This document shows, piece by piece, positions 27,711 to 37,368 of a stretch of DNA of 64,000 nucleotides; the stretch's first letter is position 1, and each line of letters opens with the position of its first letter. The DNA is from a bacterium. Lineage in GTDB: Bacteria > Patescibacteriota > Microgenomatia > Levybacterales > UBA12049. The stretch covers positions 105,890-169,889 of the forward strand of contig JAKALS010000003.1 of NCBI GenBank assembly GCA_021813145.1. The letters are read 5' to 3'. Below the pieces are notes generated by a model. It had not been told where the DNA came from. It saw only the letters and a program-made list of their open reading frames with translations, and searched no databases. Both the position numbers and the translations under genes were made by a program.

Positions 27711-28798
27711 AAAGAATTTTAGTAATTACACCATATTTTTACCCTCATATAGGAGGAAGCGAAAAATACATGGAAGAGCTTTATTCTTATTTAAAGTCAA
27801 GAAATAAAGATATTGATGTAGACGTCCTTTCTTACTCAACGGGTAAATTTAAAAAGAGGGAAGAGTACAGGGGACTTAATGTATATAGAATAAAAGGTTA
27901 TGAAATTTTAAAAGACCAGTTCATTCTTCCGGATCCTGTTTCCCTGTTCGGTTTTTTAGTAAAGCATAAAGATTACGATCTCGTCCACACCTCGACAAGG
28001 TTTTTTGATTCTTCCTGGTGGGGGCCTTTATATGCAAAACTAATAGGTTCAAAAGTAGTTTTAACGGACCACTGTGCTTACCATCCCGTAAACTCAAGCG
28101 AATTGGTAAATTTAGCAGTAAGGCTTGCCGAAGCAACAATAGTCAGATTTGCTCTTCATTTTTATGACGGTATTTTTGCTGAGAATAAAAAAACAAAAGA
28201 TTTTTTAAGAAAAAATTTCAAAGTTGGCTCAAAAATTGCTTATCCCGGCCTTTTTGAGGAAACGAAAATAATAAAAAAGGAAAATAAAAGATTAAAGGTG
28301 GTTTATGTAGGCAGAATGCTGAAGTCCAAAGGAGTAGGAGAGCTACTGGATGCCGCAAAAGAGATAGAGGAAGCGGACTTTATTTTTGCCGGAGAGGGCA
28401 GCTATCTGAGTGAACTGAAAAAAGAAGCAAAAAAAATAAAAAATGTAAGGTTTTTGGGTAAAGTTCCCCAAAAAGAGGTAATGAGACTTCTTAAAACTTG
28501 CGATATATTTGCCTATCCTTCAAGGCACAGCGAAGGCCTTCCTTTAGCCCTTATCCAGGCCGGGCAAAACGGATTGGCCGTTGTGGCTTCTAAAAGCGGC
28601 GCAATAAGTGAAATAATAAATGACAGGGAAACAGGATTACTCGTAAAAAAAGGTAATTCTAAGGCGTTTAGAGAGGCTCTTGGAGAGCTTGTTAAGAATA
28701 GTAGACTTAGGAATAGGCTTGGAAATAATCTCAAGAATTTTACTCTTAAAACTTTTTCCTGGCAAAAAACTTCGGATTTAGTTCTTCAAAACCTCTAA
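27707..28798 (+). CDS. Family 4 (GT-B) glycosyltransferase
   Basis: 'RHSEGLPLALIQAGQNGLAVVASKSGAISEII' is the E-x7-E motif region of GT4. The start overlaps the upstream stop. Confidence 0.8.
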   Translation: MKRILVITPYFYPHIGGSEKYMEELYSYLKSRNKDIDVDVLSYSTGKFKKREEYRGLNVYRIKGYEILKDQFILPDPVSLFGFLVKHKDYDLVHTSTRFFDSSWWGPLYAKLIGSKVVLTDHCAYHPVNSSELVNLAVRLAEATIVRFALHFYDGIFAENKKTKDFLRKNFKVGSKIAYPGLFEETKIIKKENKRLKVVYVGRMLKSKGVGELLDAAKEIEEADFIFAGEGSYLSELKKEAKKIKNVRFLGKVPQKEVMRLLKTCDIFAYPSRHSEGLPLALIQAGQNGLAVVASKSGAISEIINDRETGLLVKKGNSKAFREALGELVKNSRLRNRLGNNLKNFTLKTFSWQKTSDLVLQNL

Positions 28799-28800
28799 CA

Positions 28801-28825
28801 AAAACCCCGCCTAAGCGGGGTTTTT
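28801..28825. terminator. Bidirectional rho-independent terminator AAAA-CCCCGC-CTAA-GCGGGG-TTTTT
   Basis: A perfect 6-bp GC stem flanked by an A-run and a T-run, placed between convergent genes. Confidence 0.7.
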
Positions 28826-28842
28826 GAAGATAGCTTCTAAGC

Positions 28843-29811
28843 TTAGTTTCCCGGAATTACCGGTTTAACTACTCCTTCAGGTAAAGGATTTTCTCCTTTA
28901 AGTTGAGGATGGTCGTTTGGACCTCTTTCAACTTTGATTTCCTGAGGCTGTCCGTTTATTGTCTGCATCTTAAAGACAAGTTGTACTCTTGTGTCTACTT
29001 TTCCTTCTCCTTGCGCGGAGCAAGGCATTTCGATACTTAAGTCACCTAATTCGCTTGGAGTATAGATTACGGGTGAGCCGTCAGGCCATTCGAGTTGCCT
29101 TCCCGTATCGGCATCCACCATCCAAACCTGTTGTCCCGGAAGCATTCCCTTTAGGGTAAATTGCATTTCCCATCCAGGATTTTGGACGAGATTTCTAGAT
29201 GCGTCGTGTCCCCAGGCCCCATCACTTCTGTGCTGGTATTCTACGCCTAAAGACAAAGCTACCATTCCCCCCTGGTTTCCTCTAACAATCAACTCTCCGG
29301 GCAATCCGTGAGATTCTAATGTAGCCGCATTTGCGTCTAAATTGTTAAAAGCAACGGGGTAGTGGGGTCCTATTCCTCTCCAGTTGTTTGCAGCGTTTGC
29401 TGTAAACTGGTCGTAAACAGGATAAAACCATTGTCCTTCCTGGTAACTTGTAAGCGAACTTACGTGTACCTCTGAAAGATTTGAAGGGACAGGAATAGCG
29501 GCTCCTATCTGTGCTCCTAATTCAGGGTTCTGAGGAACCACACACTTAACCTCTGTGCTCATAGGAGCCAAAGTTGCCTGTGTGGGCTCAGGAGTTTCAG
29601 GCGCAAAGGTTACCTGTACTCCTTCCGCGCTTGCTGTCGGTCCTGTGGAAGGCAGAGCTCCTGGTGTTACGATAGGACTGGGAGTTTCGGGCGGGACTCC
29701 TGCAGAAGTATTGTTAAAACTGATTCTATCAGCTCCGGCCATTAAGCCTCCTCCTACAAGCACTCCTGCTACACCTCCTCCTATTAAAGCTGCTTTTGTT
29801 TCGTTTCGCAT
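28843..29811 (-). CDS. Secreted/surface hypothetical protein (signal-anchor, Pro/Thr-rich linker, Trp-rich beta domain)
   Basis: N-terminal hydrophobic segment GGGVAGVLVGGGLMAGA, then a PETPSPIVTPGALPSTGPT linker. Its start overlaps the stop of the upstream DUF11-like gene. Confidence 0.55.
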   Translation of the reverse strand: MRNETKAALIGGGVAGVLVGGGLMAGADRISFNNTSAGVPPETPSPIVTPGALPSTGPTASAEGVQVTFAPETPEPTQATLAPMSTEVKCVVPQNPELGAQIGAAIPVPSNLSEVHVSSLTSYQEGQWFYPVYDQFTANAANNWRGIGPHYPVAFNNLDANAATLESHGLPGELIVRGNQGGMVALSLGVEYQHRSDGAWGHDASRNLVQNPGWEMQFTLKGMLPGQQVWMVDADTGRQLEWPDGSPVIYTPSELGDLSIEMPCSAQGEGKVDTRVQLVFKMQTINGQPQEIKVERGPNDHPQLKGENPLPEGVVKPVIPGN

Positions 29812-30500
29812 TATTTCTCACCCCCCTCTTTCGTCAACTGTTTTGATTTTTTCCTAAGTAACATTCCTCCCAAGGCTCCGGGCAAAAGCCCCAACAGCGG
29901 AAGCATTTCCGGTCCCGTAGGAGGAGTAGTTTTTATAGAAGGTACAGGTGCAACCGTAGGCGAGGGAGTTGCCGTAGGCTGTTGTATGCAAAGTTGGGAA
30001 GAATCGGACTGGGTCTGTCCGTTTGTGTCGGTTGCGGTGACTTGGTTAATTACACAAAAAGGTCCGGAGGTCGAAGGAATATTGCTTGCGATTTGAGCAG
30101 TAATTACATATGTGAGGCTCTGTCCGGGATTTAAATTTGTAACGGTAAAGTTTAGGGTATTATTCGAAGAATTGTAGTTTCCGACTCCTGAAACAAAAGT
30201 AACGTATTGGGGAAAAGTATCTACGACATTCAAAGAAGGGATATTATTTGATCCGGTATTGGTAACTACTATTTGATAGTTAACGCTTTGGGAAGGAGTA
30301 TATAAGGCATCGGAAGTACCAAGATTATGAACATATTGGCCGCCGCCCTTTCCGGGAACTTGAACGGATTTGCTTATTGTGAAGTTATAAGTACAGGTCT
30401 GACCGCCGCCATACACCGACTGGCAGTCTGCATTTGCTTTTTTAGTCAGTAATCCAAAAAAAGCAAATAAAACAATACTAAAAATAATGAGCTTTTTCAT
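29811..30500 (-). CDS. Surface protein with DUF11-like repeat domain and C-terminal sorting-like signal (PEM-hydrophobic-RKKSK)
   Basis: Signal peptide MKKLIIFSIVLFAFFGLLTKKANA, then a beta-rich domain with Asn/Thr repeats, a PTATPSPTVAPVPS linker, and a C-terminal 'TGPEMLPLLGLLPGALGGMLLRKKSK'. Confidence 0.55.
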   Translation of the reverse strand: MKKLIIFSIVLFAFFGLLTKKANADCQSVYGGGQTCTYNFTISKSVQVPGKGGGQYVHNLGTSDALYTPSQSVNYQIVVTNTGSNNIPSLNVVDTFPQYVTFVSGVGNYNSSNNTLNFTVTNLNPGQSLTYVITAQIASNIPSTSGPFCVINQVTATDTNGQTQSDSSQLCIQQPTATPSPTVAPVPSIKTTPPTGPEMLPLLGLLPGALGGMLLRKKSKQLTKEGGEK

Positions 30501-30793
30501 AACTCTAGTTTATTGGGGGACAGGGAGGAATTATAGCAAAGTATTATAGGATAGTCAATAGGTCAAACTAACTCAGCCAAATTTCAAATATGCAAATGAC
30601 TAATAAGGAAATTGCATTTGAAATTTGTTTATTGTTTTTTGTCCCTTGACAAAAATAAAGGGGTGTGGTCTAATAATAATTGCTTTTAAAGGTCTTCTCC
30701 CGTCACAGCGGGATCAAAAAGCATTCCCAGTTTTTTATCATTGTATATAAGAACTCACTTTTTACTAATTACAATTAACTATTGACTTGACTT

Positions 30794-32080
30794 ATGGCTT
30801 ATAAGAAAAAAACACAAACAGAAACTTCAGTGCCTTCTGCCGTCAGCGTTGAAGAAATAATCGGAAAACCTTCGGAAGGGCAAGTACAAACTTCGGCCGG
30901 TGTTTCAAAACACGATACAGGAGAAAGACCTGTTGTACACGTCGAACAAAGGGATTATTATGAACCGCCTGTTGTTCCGACACAGGAGGTTTCCGGAATT
31001 TTGGATATCCAGCCTGAAGGACACGGATTTTTAAGGCCTAAATTCATTCCTTCGCAAAGGGATATTTATATTTCCCAGTCTCAGATCAGAAGATTTATGC
31101 TAAGACCGGGTGATTTTATAGAAGGAGTCGGAAGGCCCCCTAAAGATACGGAAAGATATTTCGGCCTTTTAAAAGTTGAAAAAGTAAACGGAATGGGAGC
31201 AGAGGAATCTCTAAGAAGGCTCTATTTTGACGATCTTACGCCTATATATCCCAAAAAACAGATAGTTCTTTCTACCGGGAAAACTCCGCTTTCTACAAGA
31301 ATAATAGATTTAATAGCGCCGATAGGTTTTGGACAAAGGGGGATGATTGTTTCTCCTCCTAAAGCTGGAAAGACGACCATATTAAAAGAATTGGCGGCCG
31401 GAATTACCGCTAACTTTCCAAAAGCCCATTTGATGGCGGCCTTAATAGGAGAAAGACCGGAGGAAGTAACGGATATAAGGTCTTCGGTTAGGGGAGACGT
31501 TATTGCTTCCAATTTTGACGAACCGCCCGAAAATCAGACAAGAGTTGCGGATATCGCTTTAGAAAGGGCAAAAAGACTTGTCGAAATGGGAATGGATGTA
31601 ATAATCCTTCTGGATTCTGTTACAAGACTTGCAAGAGCTTATAACCTTTCTGTCGCGCCTTCGGGAAGGACTCTTTCGGGAGGATTTGACCCAGCAGCCC
31701 TTTGGCCGGCAAAAAGGTTTTTCGGTGCGGCGAGAAACTGCGAGGAGGGCGGAAGCCTTACCATTATAGGGACGGCGCTTGTTGATACGGGTTCAAGAAT
31801 GGACGACCTTATATACGAAGAGTTTAAAGGAACAGGAAATATGGAGCTTCACCTTGACAGAAAGCTTGCAGAAAAGAGGATTTTTCCGAGCATTGATATA
31901 GAGCGCTCAGGCACAAGGCAGGAAGAGCTAATTATCGAAGAGGCGACACTCAAAAAAATTGTAACAGTCAGAAGGATGCTTTACATGTTAGGCGAAGAGG
32001 AAAGAACCTCGGCTCTCATAGAAAGGCTTTCCAAGAGTTCTACCAACCAGGAATTCCTAGAAACCCTCAGCAAAGCCTAA
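30794..32080 (+). CDS. rho: Transcription termination factor Rho
   Basis: Walker A '[16 protein letters not shown]', the '[42 protein letters not shown]' block and '[14 protein letters not shown]' are present. Confidence 0.9.
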   Translation: MAYKKKTQTETSVPSAVSVEEIIGKPSEGQVQTSAGVSKHDTGERPVVHVEQRDYYEPPVVPTQEVSGILDIQPEGHGFLRPKFIPSQRDIYISQSQIRRFMLRPGDFIEGVGRPPKDTERYFGLLKVEKVNGMGAEESLRRLYFDDLTPIYPKKQIVLSTGKTPLSTRIIDLIAPIGFGQRGMIVSPPKAGKTTILKELAAGITANFPKAHLMAALIGERPEEVTDIRSSVRGDVIASNFDEPPENQTRVADIALERAKRLVEMGMDVIILLDSVTRLARAYNLSVAPSGRTLSGGFDPAALWPAKRFFGAARNCEEGGSLTIIGTALVDTGSRMDDLIYEEFKGTGNMELHLDRKLAEKRIFPSIDIERSGTRQEELIIEEATLKKIVTVRRMLYMLGEEERTSALIERLSKSSTNQEFLETLSKA

Positions 32081-32372
32081 AGATTTATCCACCGTTTATC
32101 ATTCAGTTCTTCAAGCCCTAAATATTAAATAAAACGGAGAATGGAAAGTATTTTTGCCTTTTTTGAGGCTAAAAGATTGACAGGGGTATGCTTTTTTTGA
32201 TAAACTTTTCAGTTGTTACATGCACAAACTCCCTTATTTGCTTGTTGCTCTGGTCAGGCTTAAAGCCGATTTCTCCGGTTTTCTAAATTTCTTCTACAGA
32301 TATTCGGAAAATAAAATTGTAAGACTCTCTTTATTTTTTGAAAAGAATAAGAATATACTTGTAAAGTTTTTT

Positions 32373-33335
32373 ATGATGAAAAGGGGCCGATATAGTCGGC
32401 CTTTTTTGCATTTCGCAACGATAGGTGTTTTGGGGGTAGGAGTAATTTCGGCTCCTTTTTTAGCTTCGACTTACCCGGTTTTTTCCTCAAATAGCTCTTT
32501 AAATACCCAGATAGCTTCGTCTTCCGAACAATCCATTAATGTCGGCGATAACGTTTTTCAAACCGAGGTTTCGCAAAAACCCAGGGACAAGACAATAACC
32601 TATACCGTTCAAAAAGGAGATACTCTTTCTACAATTTCTCAAAAATTCGGAATTTCCGAGGATACCATAAGATGGGCAAATGATTTATCGGATGACACGC
32701 TTAATGTAGGGGACACGCTCAAGATATTACCCGTTACGGGCGTTTCCTATAAAGTCCAAAAAGGAGATACTGTTTATACGATAGCGAAAAAATTTGACAC
32801 AGATCCCCAAAAAATCGTAGATTTTCCTTTTAACGACTTCGCAAATCCCGAAACCTTCTCTTTGGTGGAAGGTCAGATGCTTATAGTTCCCGATGGAATT
32901 CAGCCTGAAGCTCAGCCTTTTGTAAAACACGAAGTTTATATCGCTCAAGGACCTGTTCCCGTTGCTGCGGGAGGATTTACGTGGCCCGTTCATGGAATAA
33001 TTACCCAGTTTGCTTCCTGGTACCACATGGCTTTGGATATTGCGGCCCCTATAGGGACTCCGATTATTGCTGCAAGATCGGGTACCGTAGTTGAGGTAAA
33101 TACGGGAACTTGGGATTACGGTTACGGAAACGATGTAATAATCGACCACGGAGACGGAACAAAAACGCTTTACGCGCACATGTTAAACGTCAATGTAAGC
33201 GTTGGCCAGACGGTAACGGGAGGAAGCAGTGTAATAGGTTGGATCGGTGTCACGGGAAGAACAACAGGGCCCCACGTACATTTTGAAATAAGAAAAGATA
33301 ATGTTCCGGTAAACCCCCTTCCTTATCTGCAGTAA
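32373..33335 (+). CDS. Peptidase M23 (LytM-type) with two LysM domains
   Basis: Two LysM repeats ('YTVQKGDTLSTISQKFGIS', 'YKVQKGDTVYTIAKKF') precede the M23 motifs 'HMALDIAAP', 'GYGNDVIIDHGDG' and 'GPHVHFEIR'. The start is placed at MMKRGRYS (signal-anchor) rather than the track start at 32220. Confidence 0.8.
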   Translation: MMKRGRYSRPFLHFATIGVLGVGVISAPFLASTYPVFSSNSSLNTQIASSSEQSINVGDNVFQTEVSQKPRDKTITYTVQKGDTLSTISQKFGISEDTIRWANDLSDDTLNVGDTLKILPVTGVSYKVQKGDTVYTIAKKFDTDPQKIVDFPFNDFANPETFSLVEGQMLIVPDGIQPEAQPFVKHEVYIAQGPVPVAAGGFTWPVHGIITQFASWYHMALDIAAPIGTPIIAARSGTVVEVNTGTWDYGYGNDVIIDHGDGTKTLYAHMLNVNVSVGQTVTGGSSVIGWIGVTGRTTGPHVHFEIRKDNVPVNPLPYLQ

Positions 33336-33369
33336 TATTCGGTATTTGGTATAATAATCACGCGCAATC

Positions 33370-33440
33370 GGGCTTATAGGTAAATGGTATACCGGCGCAT
33401 TCGCATTGCGCAGTTCCGAGTTCGATTCTCGGTAAGTCCA
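33370..33440 (+). tRNA. tRNA-Ala (anticodon CGC)
   Basis: Cloverleaf with acceptor GGGCTTA/TAAGTCC (G3:U70), D-arm GGTA...TACC, anticodon stem GCGCA/TGCGC with loop TTCGCAT, and T-arm CCGAG-TTCGATT-CTCGG. Confidence 0.8.
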
Positions 33441-33734
33441 CAGGTTTCTTTCAATCCTAAAACAATGTTACAGTTTTAACTTAGAAAAAGTAAGATGTAC
33501 AGTGCAGTGTAGAGCGGATCAAAATATTAATAATTTAGAGCTATATTGGATGAAAATAACGGGTATTCCCAAAAGACTATTTTATAAAACAAGAATAGAT
33601 TCAAGAACTGTAGGTAAACCTACTTTAAAAAAAGATTACAAAGGAGTACTTAGGGTAGATTATTTTGACACAAAAGTTCAACTCGATCTGGAATCATTAG
33701 CAGATTTAATATATAATCGGTTGGTCATAAAAAA

Positions 33735-33807
33735 GGGCCCGTAGCGTAACGGTTATCGCGCTTCGATGGCATCGAAGAGGTTAGGGGTTCGATTCCCCTC
33801 GGGTCCA
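33735..33807 (+). tRNA. tRNA-Ala (anticodon GGC)
   Basis: Acceptor GGGCCCG/CGGGTCC (G3:U70), anticodon stem CTTCG/CGAAG with loop ATGGCAT, and T-arm AGGGG-TTCGATT-CCCCT. Confidence 0.8.
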
Positions 33808-33872
33808 CAGATGTCTAACAGCAGATATTTCCAGCCTAAAATACGGCTTTATTTACCGTTACCGATCTATCT

Positions 33873-34228
33873 CATCCAGATCTGGGAAGGATTTCATCCA
33901 AAGAGCAAGAGAATATTTTCCTTTTCCTGTTCAGGCAATTAATACCGATAATGGTTCAGAATATCTATTAGAATTTCATAAAGAGATTGAGGCTTGGGGT
34001 ACTCCTCACTATTTTACAAATCCCCATACACCACAACAAAACTCAAGAGTTGAAAGATTCCATCAAACAGCAGGGTATGAATATTTTAACTATCAGGATT
34101 TATTTGAAGAATGAGAATACTTAAGGGGATTATGCATGGAATTTAATACCAAATACAATACTAAAGGATACCATCAGTCTTTGGGATACAAAACTCCCTT
34201 ACAGGTTGTGTTAGTGTACCAAAGATAG
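33873..34228 (+). pseudogene. Remnant of a DDE (rve-type) integrase/transposase: C-terminal catalytic core only, frameshifted
   Basis: One frame reads '...AINTDNGSEYLLEFHKEIEAWGTPHYFTNPHTPQQNSRVERFHQT...' up to a stop at 34114. A second frame (34136-34228) reads 'MEFNTKYNTKGYHQSLGYKTPLQVV'. Both are the conserved tail of rve integrases (TDNGSEF ... TNG.VERF ... YN..RPH..LGY.TP). The N-terminal half, with HTH and the first Asp, is absent. Confidence 0.6.
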
Positions 34229-34476
34229 AAAGGATAACTACCGTTCTCTATCTAGGGTGCCAGCACAATAATTTGCATATTGGCCTCTCTTGCTTTATAC
34301 TATAAAGGAATGATCAAAGGGGACAACTCCTCGCTCTCTTCTGAATAAAGGAGAAAGGAAGTCCGAAATAAGATGAAATTCAGAGGGGAGGTGAAAAACT
34401 CAGTAAATTAGCATACAGCAGACGGCAAGTGGCATAACCATAAGCCGTCAGCAATTAGCTATTTCTCCATATATAA

Positions 34477-34770
34477 ATGGCATTTCAAGATAAAACATTA
34501 ACTTGCAGAGATTGCGGAAAAGAATTTACATGGACTGCATCCGAGCAGGAATTTTACCAGAAAAAAGGTTTTGAAAACGCACCGGTACGATGTCCTTCGT
34601 GCAGAGCTTTAAAAAAAGCAAGAATGAACGACGACAGAGGACCCAGGCAGATGTTTGAAATAACCTGCGCAGAATGCGGTAAAAAAGATACGGTACCTTT
34701 CCAGCCGAAAGGTGACAGACCGGTACTTTGCAGAGATTGCTTCAGGAAAGAAAGATCTGCAACAGCATAA
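34477..34770 (+). CDS. Zinc-ribbon protein with two CxxC-x(n)-CxxC repeats (zf-trcl-like probable zinc-binding domain)
   Basis: The repeats are 'CRDCGKEFTWTASEQEFYQKKGFENAPVRCPSCR' and 'CAECGKKDTVPFQPKGDRPVLCRDCF'. Confidence 0.55.
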   Translation: MAFQDKTLTCRDCGKEFTWTASEQEFYQKKGFENAPVRCPSCRALKKARMNDDRGPRQMFEITCAECGKKDTVPFQPKGDRPVLCRDCFRKERSATA

Positions 34771-34804
34771 AGATAAAGTATTAGGTAGTAAATATTAAGC
34801 AAAA

Positions 34805-34828
34805 GGCAAGTGATTGCCGTTTTGCTTT
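34805..34828 (+). terminator. Weak rho-independent terminator (GGCAA-GTGA-TTGCC + GTTTTGCTTT)
   Basis: A 5-bp stem followed by a T-rich tract after the stop of the zinc-ribbon gene. Confidence 0.35.
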
Positions 34829-35025
34829 GAAATATCAGGATTTATTCTCCTCATTTTTCCCGTACTATTAGCTTTAGATTGTTTTTTGCGTGGAAAAGAT
34901 CTTGCCGGCCCCTGCTTCACACATTGAAACTTTCCTTTACTTAAGTTTTCAACTATCAGACTGCGGCGGACTGCATTTAAAAGGATAAAACGAAACCAAT
35001 GATATTTAATAAGTAATCAAAGAAT

Positions 35026-37167
35026 TTATGGGGTAGCCGTGGGCTTAGGTGTTGCCGTTGCTTTTGGCGAAGAAGACGGAGTGGGTATAGGAGAAGGCGA
35101 TATCGAAGGTCCGGGAATTTTTACCGGTTCTTTAAGCCCCGCGGGAAGAGCAGATGTAGGAGTGGCGCTTGGAACGGGTGTAGGATTTGCTTTCTGATTT
35201 ATTTCTGCCTGAAGATTCTTTATCTCGCTGTTTATTTGAGCGGTATTTGTAGGATCACTTGCGACTAATGTTTTTACTGTCTGAAACTGGGCCAGTGCTC
35301 CTTTTAAGTCTCCCATTTGTATTAAAGTGTGTCCCAGATTGTAATATGCGTTTGCATAATCGGGTTTTAAGTTTATAGCCTGTTGAAACATCTGTTGTGC
35401 CTTATCCCATTGGTTGAGCTGATAATATATTCCCCCAAGGTTTATATATTCCTGAGGATTATTCGGGTCAAGATTTACTGCCTGTTGTGCGGCAAGAATT
35501 GCAAAGGAGTCGGCATTTTGTCCAAATCCGATAAGGCTTCTATAGACACTCGAAAGATTTTGCCAGTCAACTGCTGTTTGCGGGGCTATTGTCGTTGCTT
35601 GCCTTGCCGAATTTATCGATTGCTGTATTAAAGTATAAACAGTCTGCGTTACGTTTGCGCTGGGAGTTGATCCCTGGGGAACTGAGCTGGCAAGAGAGTT
35701 AGCAAGCGATAGGTTTGTCTGCGAAAAAATTCTGTAGTAAGCATCGTTGTAAGGGAAAAGTTGTATAGCATTTTTTTCCAATGTATAAGTTTGAGAGCCG
35801 TTGTTCTGCGAAGCAGATACCAGGGATTGCTGAAACTGGGTATTGGATACGAAATATTCTCCGCTAATAACTCCAAGGCCTATTACCAACAGTGCGATAA
35901 TTACGAATATTCCAAGCGGAAGAAGTTTTGAAAGTCCGTCCGTCTTTACCCTTTTTTCTTCGTCTGCAGGGAGAAGAGAAATGATGCCTTTCTTAAGGGC
36001 TACAAGCTGCAGCTCGACATCAAAATATCTGTTCTCGTTATCAAGAGCTTGTACCGAGGCATAGAGCCCTAATAATAAAATTAGCAATGCCTGTATGGTA
36101 AAAGAAAAGGGAAGCACAAAGCTTGCCGCAAGAGCCAGAATTAACGGGATGAATAGAGGCCTTTCCTTAATTATTTTATAGGCAAGGAATAAATAAGCCA
36201 ACAACCCCAATATTCCGGTTGTTGCCAAAAGCTCGAGTACAAAAGATGAGCTTCTAAAAAATGTCAAAGACCAAAGATTTGGATACAAATTAAAACTTGC
36301 CTGTTTAAATCTTGAAAAGACTACTCCGTAGTTACCGAATCCCGAACCAAAAAGAAAGCCCTGGATTATTCTTCCGCTGTCCTGCGAAATTGCCGCAAAA
36401 GCCGTTTGAAAGCCTGTTTCAAAAGGAAGAAGAACCGGATTTTGGAGAAAAATAAGTTCGTATAGGGTTACTATAAATCCTGCCAGTAATATAATAGTAC
36501 TTACTCCGAATCCGGCCAATTTTGCCAAATCCGAGCGTTTTGCAGTTTCCACCTCGTTTGCCTGTTTTCTTTGAGTCCTGTAAGCCATTACAAAAGGGTA
36601 AGTAAGGTAAGCCGCAAGGGGAAGGATAAGTCCCACATAAAGTCCCTGGTCCAAAAGGGCACCTAAGGTTGAAAATGTCTGCGAGTGGGCAACTGTTCCG
36701 GGAAGAACATATATTTTTAAGAATGAAAGGATTCCTACAACCGAAGTTAACAAAGCTCCTCCGATAAGAGCGGAGAGAAGGAAAAGCACCGAGTTTTTTG
36801 TTTTTGCGGTATTAACTAAAGCAAAATAGGCAAACACCGCAAAAAGGAAAGGTACAAAAGAAATAAATGCATCTACCTGGTTAACCGCGAATATTGCCGA
36901 AAGAAGGACTGCTATTGTTAAAAGAACCACCGGCAAATCAAAGGGGTTTCTTCTTATGACAACTTTATTATTCAAAAGGCTTTTTGCTCCGTAGAGGAGA
37001 AGTACCAAAAGGGAAACTCCTCCCAAGAGCGCCTGTTTTGAAAGAGTGAATACGTCTGTTGTCTGGGAAGTGAAGATAAGGGGAAAAGCTAACAATAACA
37101 ATCCTAATAATCCTAAGGATGCCTTATCTATAAATTCGTTTATCTTTAATTTTTTTTCAGCGTTCAT
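35026..37167 (-). CDS. O-antigen-ligase-like (Wzy_C) polytopic membrane protein with C-terminal TPR repeats and Pro/Thr-rich tail
   Basis: About 12 TM helices occupy the N-terminal 400 aa. TPR repeats follow ('YINLGGIYYQLNQWDKAQQMFQQAINLKPDYANAYYNLGHTLIQMGDLKGA'), and the tail reads ...PTPSSSPKATATPKPTATP. Confidence 0.6.
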   Translation of the reverse strand: MNAEKKLKINEFIDKASLGLLGLLLLAFPLIFTSQTTDVFTLSKQALLGGVSLLVLLLYGAKSLLNNKVVIRRNPFDLPVVLLTIAVLLSAIFAVNQVDAFISFVPFLFAVFAYFALVNTAKTKNSVLFLLSALIGGALLTSVVGILSFLKIYVLPGTVAHSQTFSTLGALLDQGLYVGLILPLAAYLTYPFVMAYRTQRKQANEVETAKRSDLAKLAGFGVSTIILLAGFIVTLYELIFLQNPVLLPFETGFQTAFAAISQDSGRIIQGFLFGSGFGNYGVVFSRFKQASFNLYPNLWSLTFFRSSSFVLELLATTGILGLLAYLFLAYKIIKERPLFIPLILALAASFVLPFSFTIQALLILLLGLYASVQALDNENRYFDVELQLVALKKGIISLLPADEEKRVKTDGLSKLLPLGIFVIIALLVIGLGVISGEYFVSNTQFQQSLVSASQNNGSQTYTLEKNAIQLFPYNDAYYRIFSQTNLSLANSLASSVPQGSTPSANVTQTVYTLIQQSINSARQATTIAPQTAVDWQNLSSVYRSLIGFGQNADSFAILAAQQAVNLDPNNPQEYINLGGIYYQLNQWDKAQQMFQQAINLKPDYANAYYNLGHTLIQMGDLKGALAQFQTVKTLVASDPTNTAQINSEIKNLQAEINQKANPTPVPSATPTSALPAGLKEPVKIPGPSISPSPIPTPSSSPKATATPKPTATP

Positions 37168-37368
37168 TTTTTGTCCAACTTATTTTTAAATTGTCCAAGT
37201 TTTATCTTGATTTTTAGAATCTTCTAAAAATAGCTTACTATCCTAAGTTAGCAACTACAAAATATATTGTCAAGGAGTAAAAGCTGCTTTGCAGCATTTT
37301 ACAAATTAGCATTTGTTAAAACGAATTACCAATAGACTTTTATAAATTTTGAATTATAAATTTCAAAT

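Noticed and set aside
28843-30500. Locally elevated GC in the two secreted-protein genes, considered as horizontal-transfer signal
   Set aside because: GC enrichment tracks the Gly/Ala/Pro/Thr-rich amino-acid composition and is also seen in the giant gene. Without codon-position analysis there is no basis for an HGT call.
33502-33744. 80-aa ORF between tRNA-Ala(CGC) and tRNA-Ala(GGC)
   Set aside because: It overlaps the tRNA-Ala(GGC) gene by 10 nt. It has no recognisable motif and no RBS. It is possibly a relic of the same degraded mobile element and was not called as a gene.
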